This document shows positions 22,681 to 34,500 of a stretch of DNA of 64,000 nucleotides, piece by piece. The notes under the pieces were generated by a model. The model saw only the letters and a program-made list of their open reading frames with translations. It was not told the origin of the DNA and did not search any database. Positions within the stretch are counted from its first letter, which is position 1. Every line of letters starts with the position of its first letter. The position numbers and the translations under genes were made by a program. Origin of the DNA: an uncultured Chloroflexia bacterium (GTDB taxonomy: Bacteria > Chloroflexota > Limnocylindria > Limnocylindrales > CSP1-4); contig CAVVHT010000009.1 in assembly GCA_963748235.1 (NCBI GenBank), positions 826,162-890,161 on the forward strand, written 5' to 3'.

Positions 22681-24530
22681 GTGCGTCTAGTCGAAATCCG
22701 CCTGCTCGACGGCCCGAACATCTATCGGCTGGAGCCGACGGTGCGAATTGAGGTCGTCGTCGGGCGCCGCCGCACCTGGTATGGGCAGCGATCGCCGGGC
22801 AGGCACGCGATCGTCAGGCTCGGCGCGCGCGTGTCGCGGCTTCCGCGGCGCCGTCATCGGTTGCGGAGCTGGCTGGATGGGTGCGCAAGCTTCACCGTCG
22901 CGCGCTCAAGCGAACCGTGCCAGTGACCATCCACCAAACGAGCGAGCCCGGTCGGTGGGTAGTCGCCTATCCGTGGCGCGATGGCAGCCAGGCCGAACTC
23001 ATCGCCCAGGCGGCGTTGCGCCTGACCGATCAGGCGAGCGACCGCCTGCTGGAGCGTGCCGTGCGCCGCATCCGCGACGCGGAGGGCGCCGCACCGCTGT
23101 GGATCACCGATGAGCGACGCCGCGCCGCAAATCCACGTCTGCAGCTGATCTCGGTCAGTGGCACGAACGGCAAGAGCACCACGACCAGGATGATCACCCA
23201 CATTGCCCGCGCCGGCGGCCGTCGCGTGGGCACGACGACGACCGACGGAGTGCTGATCGACGAAGAGATGATCGAGCCAGGTGACTTCAGCGGGCCACAG
23301 GGGGCGCGAGCCGTTATGCGCCACACCGAGGTCGAGGTTGGCGTCCTCGAGACTGCCCGGGGCGGCATCCTGCTGCGCGGCCTGGCGTACGAGTCGAACG
23401 AAGCCAGCGTGCTGACCAACGTCAGCGCCGATCACCTCGACCTGCAGGGTCTGCATACGCTGCCCGAGCTGGCCGAGGTCAAATCGGTCATCTGCCGCGT
23501 CACGCGACCGGAGGGCACGGTCGTGCTCAACGCCGACGATCCGCTGCTGGTGCCGATCGCGCGGCGAGTGCGCGCACCGGTGACCTTCTTCAGCCTCAAT
23601 CCGCGCAGCTCGCGCGTCCGATCGCACGTCGCTCGCGGCGGCACCGCCTTCGTGCTCGACGATGGCTGGATCGTCGAGCTGGCCGGGTCCAAGCGGCGGC
23701 GGATCGTGGCCGCGGCCGAGCTGCCGGCCACTCTCGGCGGGCTGGCGCGGCACAACGTCGCCAACGCGCTCGCCGCCGCCGCTGGTGCGCGGGCGATCGG
23801 CATGTCCTACCGCGCGATCGCCGACGGGCTGCGCGGCTTCCGCAACACGGCCGACCTGATGCCAGGCCGGCTGAACCTGTACCGCAAGGGTGATCGCCTC
23901 GTCGTCGTCGACTATGCGCACAACGAGGCCGGCCTGGCCGCGCTGTTCGACACGATCGAGGGACTCGTCGGCCGGCGTGGCAAGCGGCGCGCCACCGTGA
24001 GCGTGATCATCGGCGCGGCCGGCGATCGCCCGGACGATGCCATGCGCGCCGTCGGCCAGCTGGCCGCGCGGCGCGCCGACGAGGTCGCGATCAAGGAGGA
24101 CCTGCCCTTCCTGCGCGGCCGGACGCGGGCAAGTGCCATCGGCGAGCTGCGCGAGGGCATTCGTGCCGGCGGCACGAACCCCTCCTCGGCGCCGGTGTAC
24201 GAGCTGGAGCTCGATGGCCTGGTCGGCGAGCTGACGACTCCCGGCCGCATGGCCGCCACGGAAGACGGCACGCCGCGCGTGGTGATGCTGATGTGCCACG
24301 CCGAGCGCGACGCGGTCGCGCGCTACCTCGCGGGCGAAGGGTTCGTCGAGGTGGAGGACGTCGGCATCGCTCGGAGCGTTTCGCCCGCAAGCCGGCCTAG
24401 GGACGCCGGCGGTGAACCAGGGCCAGGAAGCCGATCGGCTCACCCTTCGGATCATCGCGCGGCTGGAACTCATCGCCCAGCTCATGGATGCGCCGCCTCA
24501 GCTCGGCCAGGTCGTCGGGTGCGAGCCTGA
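22681..24530 (+). CDS. cyanophycin-synthetase paralogue with N-domain fused directly to the Mur-ligase-like M domain (no ATP-grasp G domain); frameshift near 22870
   Basis: The N-terminus MRLVEIRLLDGPNIYRLEPTVRIEVVV parallels CphA LRILETRVLRGPNIWFRGPAIVMLVDL. TVPVTIHQTSEPGRWVVAYPWRDGSQAELIAQAALRL parallels TVAHIGKTRSAGATGQYNVVYEYREEEVGREAGRIAVAL. The Mur-ligase P-loop ISVSGTNGKSTTTRMI then follows immediately, where cphA has about 330 aa of ATP-grasp. The 3' end overlaps the ArsR gene, so the true end is uncertain. Confidence 0.75.
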
Positions 24531-24918
24531 CCCCGAGTCGAACGGTCGTCAGTGGGGCATCGTCGCCCGCCTCGAGCAGCTCGTCGCGAACGGCGTCGAG
24601 GACAGTCGCGGTGTGATCAGCACTCGGCAGCATCCGGATCTGCCACGACTTGCCCGTGCTGCGGTACGGCCGCTCCACCGAACCGCGCTTGCCGCGACGC
24701 GGCTCATCAGCGACCAGGAACCCACCGCTCACGAGCGCCTTGACGTGATGCAGGATCGTGCCCGGATCGCGGTCCAGCCGCTCGGCGATCTCCTTGTTGG
24801 TCAGCGCCTTGTCGATCGTCAGGCGCAGGATGCGCAGTCGCAGCGGATGACCGAGCGTGCGCATCTCGTCGGCCGTGGCGTCGCGTATCGGTGGCGCTGA
24901 TCGAGCAGTGATGGACAA
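24397..24918 (-). CDS. ArsR/SmtB-family winged-helix transcriptional regulator
   Basis: HPLRLRILRLTIDKALTNKEIAERLDRDPGTILHHVKALVSGGFL. Confidence 0.7.
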   Translation of the reverse strand: MSITARSAPPIRDATADEMRTLGHPLRLRILRLTIDKALTNKEIAERLDRDPGTILHHVKALVSGGFLVADEPRRGKRGSVERPYRSTGKSWQIRMLPSADHTATVLDAVRDELLEAGDDAPLTTVRLGVRLAPDDLAELRRRIHELGDEFQPRDDPKGEPIGFLALVHRRRP

Positions 24919-24936
24919 TTCCCCACTAGTGGACTA

Positions 24937-26080
24937 TTGTCCATCATTATGACATCACGACGTCCGCTCGGTTGGCTTGCCATCACTTCCATCACCGCTC
25001 TGGCCATCGTCGGGTGCGCCGGTGGCGCCGCTCCGACGCCGCCCGACTGCCCCCGACACTCACCGCAACGCGCGAGCGCGACGACTGAGCCGACCGAGAC
25101 GGCCACTCCTACCGATCAGCCCTCCCCGACCGGCACTCCCGCTGCGACCGCCACGGCGGCCCCGACCGACACTCCCGCGCCATCCGATTCGCCGTCGGCA
25201 ACGGCCACGGCACGGGCCAACGCTACCGACACGCCGGCCGGCGCATCGCCTGCGATCCAGGTCGGCACCGGGCCGATCGGCATCGTCGCGACCGAGGACG
25301 CCATCTGGGTCGCGACCTTCTACGACGGTGAGCTGGTGCGGATCGACCCCGAGACGATGACGGTCACCGACAACGTGCCCGTCGGCGACGGAGCGATCGG
25401 CGTGGCGTACGCCGTCGGGTCATTGTGGGTGGCCACTCACCTCACCGGTGAGCTCGTGCGCGTCGATCCCGAGACGCGCGAGGTCACGGCGCGAATCGAG
25501 GTCGGCGCCGAGCCCGAAGGCGTCTGCGGCGACGACGGCCAGGTGTGGGTGACGAGCGAGGCGGCCGGAGGCGCTGTTCGCATCGATCCCGAAACGAACG
25601 AGGTCGTGACCAGCGTGGCGGTCGGCCGCGCGCCGCGTCACTGCGGAGTCGGCTTCGGTTCGGTGTGGGTGACCAACTGGGGCTCGGCGACCATGACGCG
25701 CATCGATTCGGAATCGAACGAGGTGATCGAGACGATCGGGCTCCATTTCGGTCCCGAGGGGCTGGCCTTCACCGACACCGGCGTGTGGGTGGCCAACCAG
25801 ACCGCCGGCTCGGTCTCGCTGGTCGATCCCGAGACCAACGAGGAAACGACCGAGATCCAGATCGGCATGCTGCCCGAGGGCATCGCGATCGGCGACGACG
25901 GACTCGTCTGGGCGGCCACGACCCAGCTCGATCACATCGAGGGCGATCGATCCGGAGTCGGGCGAGATCGTCGAGACCCTCGAGACCGGCAACGAGCCAC
26001 GCCGCATCGTCATCGTCGACGGTCAGGCGTGGGTCACCAACACCGGTGCCGGCACGGTCTCGGTAATCCCGCTCGACTGA
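24937..26080 (+). CDS. lipoprotein with YVTN-type beta-propeller repeats (YncE-like); frameshift near 25930
   Basis: Lipobox LAIVGCAG, a PT-rich linker, then seven or more repeats of the form G..P.G.A......VWV.N...G.V.RIDPET.EV. Confidence 0.65.
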
Positions 26081-26086
26081 GGCGGG

Positions 26087-28902
26087 TTAGCCCTCTTCGA
26101 CCTCGAACTCGCCCGGGTGGGCGATGGCGCTGCCGCCGCCCTTGCGCCGCACTTCTTCCATCACCTGGCGGTAGGCGCCGGTGATGTCGTCGCTGCAGAC
26201 CATGACGAGATCGCCCGGGGTCGCCTGGGCCATGCCCGTCGTGACCGCGGCCATCTCGTCGGTGACTATCGAAGCCGTGGCACAGCGGCCACCCTCGCGT
26301 TGCGCCTTGCTCACGCCGGCCAGGACCAGATCGGCCGACTCACCCGGCTTGCGGCCGCGTAGCTTCTTGTCCTCGCGCACGACGATCGTGTCGAAGGCAT
26401 GGCCGGCCAATCGGCCGTACTCGCGGTGGTCGTCGTCGCGTCGGTCGCCGGGAATGCCGATCACGCCGATCGCGGTGCCGCGCCTGCCGCCGGACCCACC
26501 GTCGACCGCAGGGCTGCCGCGCTGGGCGGCCGCATCATGAGCTCGACGAACTCGGTCAGCCTGCGCATGCCATCGACGTTGTGGCAGTAATCGAGGAAGA
26601 CCTTGTAGCCGTCGACCTGGATCTCGTTGAGCCGGCCGGGTGCCTGGAAGAACGACGTGGTGAAGGTGCGCAAGCCCTGGCGGATGTCGTGCAGGTGCGC
26701 ACCGGCGGCCCACGCTGCACCGGCCGCGGCGAGCGCGTTGGCCACGTTCATCCGCGCGCGGCCCTCGAAAGTGGCCGGGATCTGGTGCGTGTAGAGCAGC
26801 GGCATCGTGCGCTCGGCGTGGCGCAGCACGACCAGCTCGCCGTCGTCGGTCTGCTGCACGACCATCGCCGCGCCGCCGCGGCCGCAGTGGCCGTCGACCC
26901 GGTCGTAGCCCTCCTCGCCGCGTTCGCGGGCCATCGAGAAGTAGACGACGCTGCCGCGGCTCTGGCGGGCCATCCGCGCGACAAGCGGATCGTCGGCATT
27001 GAGCACGGCCATGCCCGCGCGCGGCACGGCATCGACGATGACCGACTTGACCTGCGCCAGCTGGCTCATCGTCTCGACGCCGTTCAGCCCGAGGTGGTCG
27101 CCGGTGACGTTGGTCACGACGGCGACGTCGTTGCGGTCGTAGCCGAGCCCCTCGCGCAGGATGCCGCCGCGCGCGACCTCGAACACCGCCGTGTCGACCG
27201 ATGGGTTCTGGAGCACCATCTGCGCCGAGCGCGGGCCGGACATGTCGCCCTTCCGGATGAGCCGGCCGTCGACGACGATGCCGTCGGTCGTGGTCATGCC
27301 CACCCGACGGCCCATCAGCTTCAGGATGTGGCCGATCATCCGCACCGTCGTCGTCTTGCCGTTGGTGCCGGTCACCCAGATGATCGGGATTCGCGCGTTC
27401 GAGCCCTGCGGGAAGAGCAGGTCGAGGACCGGCTTGGCGACGTACTGCGGCTCGCCCTCGGTCGGATTGGTGTGCATCCGGAAGCCCGGCGCGGCGTTGA
27501 CCTCGACGATCGCCCCGCCCTGCTCGCGAACGGGCACGGTGATGTCGGGCGCGATGAAGTCGATCCCGGCGATGTCCAGCCCGACCACCTGCGCGGCGGT
27601 CTCGGCAATCTCGACGTTGTCGGGATGCGCCTCGTGCGTCCGATCGATGGCCGTGCCGCCGGTCGACATGTTGCCCGTCGCGGCGAGCATCACCCGCTGG
27701 CCCTTCTTGGGCACGTCGTCGAGCCCCAGGCCCTGCTTGCGAACCAGCTCTTCCGCGCCGGCCGTGATGCGGATCCGCGTCAGCACGCGCTCGTGACCGA
27801 TGCCGCGCCGCGGGTCGCTGTTCTCCTTGTCGACCAGCGCGCGGACGCTGAGCTTGCCGTCGCCCACGACACTCGCCGGCACTCGTTCGGCGACCGCGGC
27901 CAGCTTGCCGCCGACGACGAGCACGCGATAGTCGTTGCCGCGCACGAAGGTCTCGACGACGACGTCGCCGCCGCGGCTCTCCTCGCGCGCCAGCGTGTAC
28001 GCGTCGCGGACGGCCTGCTCGTCGCGCAGGTCGAGGGCCACGCCGCGCCCGTGGTTGCCGTCGAGCGGCTTGACGACGACCGGGTAGCCGAGCTTCTCGG
28101 CCGCTTCGACGGCGCCGTCGGCCGAGCGCACGACCTGCGAGCGCGGCACGGGCATGCCGGCCGAGCTGAGCAGCGTGTTGGTCAGGCTCTTGTCGGAGGC
28201 GATGTCGACACCGATCGCCGACGTGCGCGAGGTCATCGTCGCCCGGATGCGCTGCTGGTGGACGCCCTGCCCGAGCTGAACAAGGCTGTGCCGGTCGAGC
28301 CGGATCCACGGGATGTCGCGCGAAACGGCCTCGTCGACGAGCGCCTGGGTCGACGGCCCGAACGCGTTCCGCTCGGCGAGCCGGATCAGCCCCTCGAGCT
28401 CATCGGCGAAGTCGAACGGCGCCGCCTCGGGGTTGACGAGGAAGTTGACGAGCGCGACCGCGATCCGGCCGGCCTCGCGGCCGACCTCCTCCTCGCGATA
28501 CTCGTAGACGACGTTGTACTGGCCCGTTGCGCCCGCCGAGCGCGTCTTGCCGATATGGGCGACGGTGCCGGCCAGGCTCTGCAGCTCGAGCGCGATGTGC
28601 TCGCTGACGTGGCCCAGCCACGTCCCATCATTGAGCCGGGTGACGAAGCCGCCGCGGCGGCCGAGCGAGCAGGCGTGGTCCTCGAGCGACGGGATGAGCT
28701 GCAGCAGCGCCTCGTTGAAGTGCGGGATCTTGTTGCTCGGCCACTCCTCGAGCTCGCCCAGGTCGACGAGCATCACGATTGCCGGGCCGCGGAACCAGAT
28801 GTTCGGACCGCGCAGCACGCGCGTCTCGAGGATGCGCAGTGTCGGCTGGGGCCCTTGGGACTGCCCTTGGGTCTTCCGTCGCGGTGCTGCGGCTTTCGCC
28901 AT
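26087..28902 (-). CDS. cphA: cyanophycin synthetase (N + ATP-grasp + Mur-ligase domains); frameshift near 26500
   Basis: N domain LRGPNIW; ATP-grasp PVVVKPLDGNHGRGV; M-domain P-loop IIWVTGTNGKTTT; C-terminal tail GVIGIPGDRRDDD...DLVMVCSDDITGAYRQVMEEV recovered in a second frame. The start is probably a little downstream of 28902. Confidence 0.9.
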
Positions 28903-28919
28903 CGGCCGCCTTGTCGTCG

Positions 28920-29756
28920 TCAGCTGGACGCGAGCGAGTCGGCGTCGAGCGCGCGCAGCATCGGCGCCGCTACCCGCTCTCGACTTTCCAGGTCGAAACG
29001 GTAGCCGCTCGGCAGCGAGTGGAGCCGGACGTTGCTGATCATCAGCGGACGATGCGCCTTGACCTCCCAGGCGTCGGTCTCGGAGTCGGCGCCGTCGACG
29101 ATCGTCACGCTGCGCCGGCCGATGACCTCGAGCACGCGGTCAGGTCCGACCACGCCCGCGGTGTCCTCGTCGATGCCGATCCCGAGCAGCGACGGGTTCT
29201 GGGCGATGATCGCCAGCAGCCGCCCGAGCCGATTTCGCTGCTCGAAGTGCTGGTCGATGATCACGCCGGGCAGGATGCCCAGGCCGGCCGCCATCTGGAC
29301 CATGCGCTGCTTCGGCGTCGCGCCACTTGCCCCGAATGCGACCATGTGCGTGCTCATCGCGGAGGCGCCCGCGCTCGTGCCAGCCACTACGGCGCCTTCG
29401 CGGTGGCGCCGAACAATGGCCTGGGCGAGCGGCGTGCCGCCGATCATGGACGACAGGCGCAGCTGATTGCCGCCGGTCAGGAAGATGCCCGTCGCATCGC
29501 TCACCGAGCGGACGGAGGTCGGCTCGGCACATTGCGCGCGAGTGGTGGTGTGGATCGGGTAGACATCGCTCGCGCCCAGCTCGGTGAAGATCCGCCGGTA
29601 CATCTCGCCGGCCAGCGGGCCGAGCGACGAAGCGGCGCTGATTACCGCGATGCGCGCGTCCGGGCCGCCGGCAAGCCGAATGAAGCGCGCCAGGATGACA
29701 CGCTCCCGGACCTTGTCTTCCGCGCCACCAATGATGATGACATGCCCCTCGGTCAT
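28920..29756 (-). CDS. cphB: cyanophycinase (peptidase S51)
   Basis: VIIIGGAEDK; catalytic-serine region VAGTSAGASAM; ILPGVIIDQHFEQRNRLGRLL. Immediately upstream of cphA on the same strand. Confidence 0.9.
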   Translation of the reverse strand: MTEGHVIIIGGAEDKVRERVILARFIRLAGGPDARIAVISAASSLGPLAGEMYRRIFTELGASDVYPIHTTTRAQCAEPTSVRSVSDATGIFLTGGNQLRLSSMIGGTPLAQAIVRRHREGAVVAGTSAGASAMSTHMVAFGASGATPKQRMVQMAAGLGILPGVIIDQHFEQRNRLGRLLAIIAQNPSLLGIGIDEDTAGVVGPDRVLEVIGRRSVTIVDGADSETDAWEVKAHRPLMISNVRLHSLPSGYRFDLESRERVAAPMLRALDADSLASS

Positions 29757-29897
29757 CCCGCGGAGTATGCCACGCTGATGGTGATGCAGGATTTCCGGTG
29801 TACTTGCGCTCGGTCGCTAGGATTGCGGCGGGCGGGGGCGCCCAACACGTTTGGTCGAGGAGGACGAACGGAGCCCCGCCCGCTAACGTCCCCAACC

Positions 29898-30710
29898 GTG
29901 ACTGACGTCGCCCAATCCGAATGGTCGCTTGCCCGCGCGCTGCCTGCGCGACTGCGCGATCCACGCCGCCTGCTGGCGATCCTTTTACTGGCCATCAGCG
30001 GTGGCCTGGTGCTTGCCTTCCTATGGGCGCGCGGCGAGCTCGCCGGATCGGACGCGTACGCCTACTGGACCGCCGTTCACCGCTGGCTCGGGGGCGAGGA
30101 CATCTACCAGGTCGTGCCCGGGCTGGACCTGCCGCCATCCGAGGGAGCGCTGCCCTACGCCTACGCGCCATGGTCGCTGTACTTGTTCCTGCCCTTCGCG
30201 CTGATTCCGTGGGACCTGGCCTGGATCGGCTGGCGGTTGGCGAACGTCGTCCTGTTTGCGGCGTCCGTCGCATGGGCCTACGACCGTCGACCGCTGGGCA
30301 CAGCCGCGCTCGTCGCGCTCCTGGCACCGTCGCTGGCGGCAAACCTCGATACAGGCAACATCAACGTCTTCATCGCTCTAACGCCGTGGCTCGCGTGGCT
30401 GTTCAGCGCGCGCGCTGGTGGCGTGGCGTGGGCTATCGGGACGGCGCTCAAATGGGTGCCCGCGCCACTGCTGCTGTTCATGCCGCGATCGTCGTGGCGT
30501 GTCGGTCTCGCAGTGCTCGGCGTGCTGATCGTGCTCACGCTCGCGACGTGGCCCCAATTCATGCGCCAGCTTGAGATAGTGCTCGACTACCCACGGCCGC
30601 TGCGCATCGATTACCTGATCTTGGTGTGGGGCCTCGTCCCGTGGCTATGGGCTCGTCCCTGGCCGCCGCGGTTGACGCGCGAGTGGGCATCGGGGAGTGT
30701 CACGAACTAG
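29898..30710 (+). CDS. polytopic membrane protein, DUF2029/GT87-like (putative glycosyltransferase)
   Basis: GTG start at 29898. Eight or more TM helices. Aromatic-rich loops (YAYWTAVHRWLGGEDIY, YAYAPWSLYLF). Function uncertain. Confidence 0.45.
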   Translation: MTDVAQSEWSLARALPARLRDPRRLLAILLLAISGGLVLAFLWARGELAGSDAYAYWTAVHRWLGGEDIYQVVPGLDLPPSEGALPYAYAPWSLYLFLPFALIPWDLAWIGWRLANVVLFAASVAWAYDRRPLGTAALVALLAPSLAANLDTGNINVFIALTPWLAWLFSARAGGVAWAIGTALKWVPAPLLLFMPRSSWRVGLAVLGVLIVLTLATWPQFMRQLEIVLDYPRPLRIDYLILVWGLVPWLWARPWPPRLTREWASGSVTN

Positions 30711-31517
30711 GAGTTGGCGGCTTGGCAGCGCGGACACCAGTAGGTGCGACGCGGGTTGCCACCTTCGCGCGCTCGGCTCGTTGCCGACTTGATCCTCGTG
30801 CCGCATCTCCGGCATGGCCGGCCGGTTCGGCCGTAGACATACAGGTCGCCGGGCGTGCCGGCCGGCGTAGTCACCCGCGCGCCACCGGCGCTGTTCGCCT
30901 TGACCAGCGTCGCGCCCCGATCGAGCATCCGGCGCAGCGTCTCGTTTGGCACGGCCGCCAGCGGCGTGAAGGGATCGAGATGCTCGATGAAGCACAGCTC
31001 ACTGCGATAGACGTTGCCCAAGCCGGCAACCGCGCGCTGGTCGAGCAGCGCGTCTCCGACAGCAATGTCCGCGCGCGCCGGCTCACGCAGCGCGGCCAGG
31101 GCGGCATCAAGATCGACGTCGTGGCGCGCGAGATCCGGCCCAAGGCGGCGCAGGCCCGGGTGAAGGTCAACCGCTCGGGTGTCCATCAGCTCGACCGTCG
31201 GCGCGTCGAAGCAGACCGCGACCCAATCTGACGTTTCGAGCACGGCAACCGCGCGACTCGGCGAGCGCCGCCATGGCTCGGCCGAGCGGTAGCGGTGCCA
31301 CGATCCGTGCAAGCCGAGATGGGTATGCAGCGTCATGCCGCCGTCAAACGCGATCAACAGGTGCTTGCCGCGCGACTCGACCGAATTCGACCGTCTGGCC
31401 GACCAACCGCTCGAGCTGCGCTCCGCCCGCGCGGCCCCTGGCCGATGTGATCGTCTTACGAGACAGGACCGGGGACAGCGCAGCCGCGATTCGGGCGAGG
31501 GTGTCACCCTCAGGCAC
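30707..31517 (-). CDS. nei: Fpg/Nei-family DNA glycosylase (endonuclease VIII-like); frameshift near 31390
   Basis: My translation from the GTG at 31517 gives MPEGDTLARIAAALSPVLSRK, the catalytic N-terminal Pro. It continues ESRGKHLLIAFDGGMTLHTHLGLHGSW, with a C-terminal zinc finger CRRCG...CPRCQ. Confidence 0.8.
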
Positions 31518-34500
31518 GCAACAGCCACCCTCGATATGAGCGCTGGAAGCCGGCCGTCGCTAGCGCGTCGGAATGCGGCGAGTCGGCGACCGGCAACCCG
31601 TCGACGCGCTCGACCTGGAGTGAGCGGAAGCGGCCGTCGGCGAGCAGCTGGCGGAGAGCGTTGAGGGCTACCGCGGCGGTCTCACGATCGGCGAACGCGG
31701 GCAGTGTCTGGAGCGTCTTGCCGCCACGCTCGAGGTAGACGACCGGCTCGCCGTCGACGATCACCACGTACGCGCCGGCGGCCCTTGCCAGCGGCCGGCG
31801 ATCGTCGTCCGACCAGCGCGGCCAGGCGAGCGCCGCGCCGTACGGGTTGGCCGGGTCCGACGCGGCGAGCAGCTGGACCTCGGTCGCACCTCGGCCGCCG
31901 CCGGCATCGGCACGTTCGGCGCGCAGCCGATCGAGTGCCGCCGGAATGCAGAACTGCGCGCCGCCAAGGCCCTCCACGAAATAGCCACGTCGAACCCGGC
32001 CGCGCTCCTCCATCTCGCGCAGAACCGGGTAGACGACCGAAAAGCCGCCCGTCAGGCCCTCACCCGCCACCGTGTCGCGCGTGACCACGCCGTACGCGTC
32101 CAGCAGACGCAGCGCGTGGGCGTGACGTCGCTCCGTCTGGGTCGGTTCCGTTCCGCCTCTCAGCGCGGTTGCCGTCGCGATGGTGTCGCTGACGAGCGAC
32201 CACCGGCCGGCCGCCTCGGGCGGGCCCATGCGCGCTGCGCTGGTGAAGCGTGGTCGGCGAGCGCCCGCGGCACCGGCACGACGCGCTGTGCCGGTGCGTG
32301 GCCAGCGCAGCGCGCGCAGCGGAGCGAACGTGTCGTTGGTCACCTCTGTCGCCCACACGAGGTCCCACAGCGCGTCGAGCAGGTCGCGCTCACGCACCGG
32401 GCGCTCGCCGCGCTCGGCAGCAGTGCGCAGCGCCGCCGCCAGGACGTCGCGGTAGAAGGACGCTCCCCGTTCGCGCAGCTGCGCTCCGGATCGCGTCGTG
32501 CAGCCACGAATCGGGTCTCTCCTGGCTGGCGTCCGCTGTCGGAAGCAGCAGTGACAGACGGTCGGGCCGGTAGAGCGCAACCCGACCGTCATCACGACCG
32601 AGCGAGCCAAGGCCGATCCAAACCACCTCGCCCGCCGCGCCCAGCTCGTCGAGCAGCCGTGGCGAGTAGCCGGCAACTCGGGCGGGCAGCACGTCGCGCT
32701 CGAGGACGCTAGCCGGTAGCGGCGTGCCCTCGAGCTGGGCGATCACCTCGGCCAGCCGATCGACGCCACTGCGCCGCTCGCCGATGCCCTGCCAGCGCGG
32801 CAGGAAGCGCGCCAAGTGCCTGCGGCTCGACCGGCTCGACCTCGCGCCGCAGCCTGGCCAGCGAGCGGCGCCGAAGAAGGCGGAGCACCTCGGGGTGGCA
32901 CCACTCGCGTTCGACACCGCCCGGCCGGAACTCGCCACGCAGCAGCGTGCCGGCGACGAGCATCCGTTCCAGCTCCGCCTCGACCTCCTTGACCGGCAGG
33001 CCCCAGCGCGTCGCCGGCTCGGTGGCCACGAATGGACCGTGATGCCGCGCCCACCTGGTCAACAGGCCCGCCAGCGCGTCCTGCGATTGTTCGAGGAATG
33101 CCTGTGGCACGCCGACCGGCGGTGAGATCCCGAGCGCGTCGCGGTATCGAGCGACGTCCTCGATCGCGATCCAGCGCTGCTCGGCGCGGATGCGGACGCG
33201 TACGGCGCGCCGGTCGGCGGCCAGCGCCTCGAGCCACTCCCCGGCGGCGGCGGCACGGGCGCGATCGTCCGGGCCACGCACGCGATCGGCGACCTCGCCG
33301 GCAGTCAGGTCGCCCAGTCGACGCAGGAGGTCGTGCACCGCATCGGCCGAGCCCGCCAATCGGTCGGGCGCCAGGAACGCCAGCTCTAATTCGAGCTCGG
33401 CCAGCGCGCCAGCATCGAGCAGCTCGCGCAACTCCTCGGCGCCGAGCAGCTCGCGCAGTAGGTCGCGATCGAGCGCCAGCGCCTGGGCTCGGCGATCGAC
33501 GAGCGGCGCGTCGCCCTCGTACATGTACGAGGCGATGTAGTCGAACATCAGCGAGCTCGCGAACGGCGATGCGCGCCGGGTCTCGACGCTCACAAGCCTG
33601 ATCTCGCGGCGCTCGATGGCGGACAGGATGCCCTTCAGCGCGGGCAGGTCGAAGACGTCCTGGAGCACCTCGCGGTACGTCTCGAGGATGATCGGGAATG
33701 AGCCATAACGACTGGCCACGCCGAGTAGCTGTGCCGAGCGCTGGCGCATCTGCCACAGCGGCGTCCGCTGGCCCGCCCGACGGCGCGGCAGCAGCAGCGC
33801 CCGCGCCGCGTTCTCCCTGAAATGGCTCGAGAAGAGAGCCGAACCACCGAGCGAGCCGATGATCAGCTCCTCGACATCCTCAGAGCCGATCCGCACTGCC
33901 TCCTCGGCCGCTGCGACTGCTCCCCCGCCGCCTGGGCCGTCGCCGTCGACGGCAAAACCGTCGCCGCCCAGGCCCTCGCCGCCCAGCTCGTCGGTCATAG
34001 GCAGGCGCACGACGATCCCGTCGTCGGACCAGATCGGCTGCACGTCGAGGCCGAGCCGCTCGCGAAGTCGTGCCTCTATCGCCAGCGCCCACGGGGCGTG
34101 GACCCGAGCGCCGAACGGCGTCAACAGGCAGATGCGCCAGTCGCCCAGCTCGTCGCGGAAGCGCTCCAGGACGATCGTCTTGTCCGTCGGCAGCACGCCC
34201 GTGACCGACTGCTCTTCGTTCAGGTACTCGATCAGGTTGCGCGCGGCGAGCTCGTCGAGCATGTGCTCCTCGCGCAGCTGCTTTTCCGCTCGCTTCCGGC
34301 CGCGGCTCCCGTCGGCGACCGTCTCGGAGATCGTGCGCGTGAACTCGCCCAGCGCTCGGCCGAGCTCGATCGGCCGGCCCGGCCCGTCGCCCTTCCAGAA
34401 GGGCACCTTGCCCTGCTCGCCCGGAGCTGGCGAGACGAGCACGCGATCGTGCGTGATCTGGTCGATCCGCCACGCACTGGCACCGAGCAGGATCACCTCC

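Noticed and set aside
26581-29004. 807-aa ORF on the plus strand
   Set aside because: It is antisense to cphA and cphB. Long spurious antisense ORFs are expected at about 72% GC. It has no recognisable domains, whereas the minus-strand products are textbook CphA and CphB.
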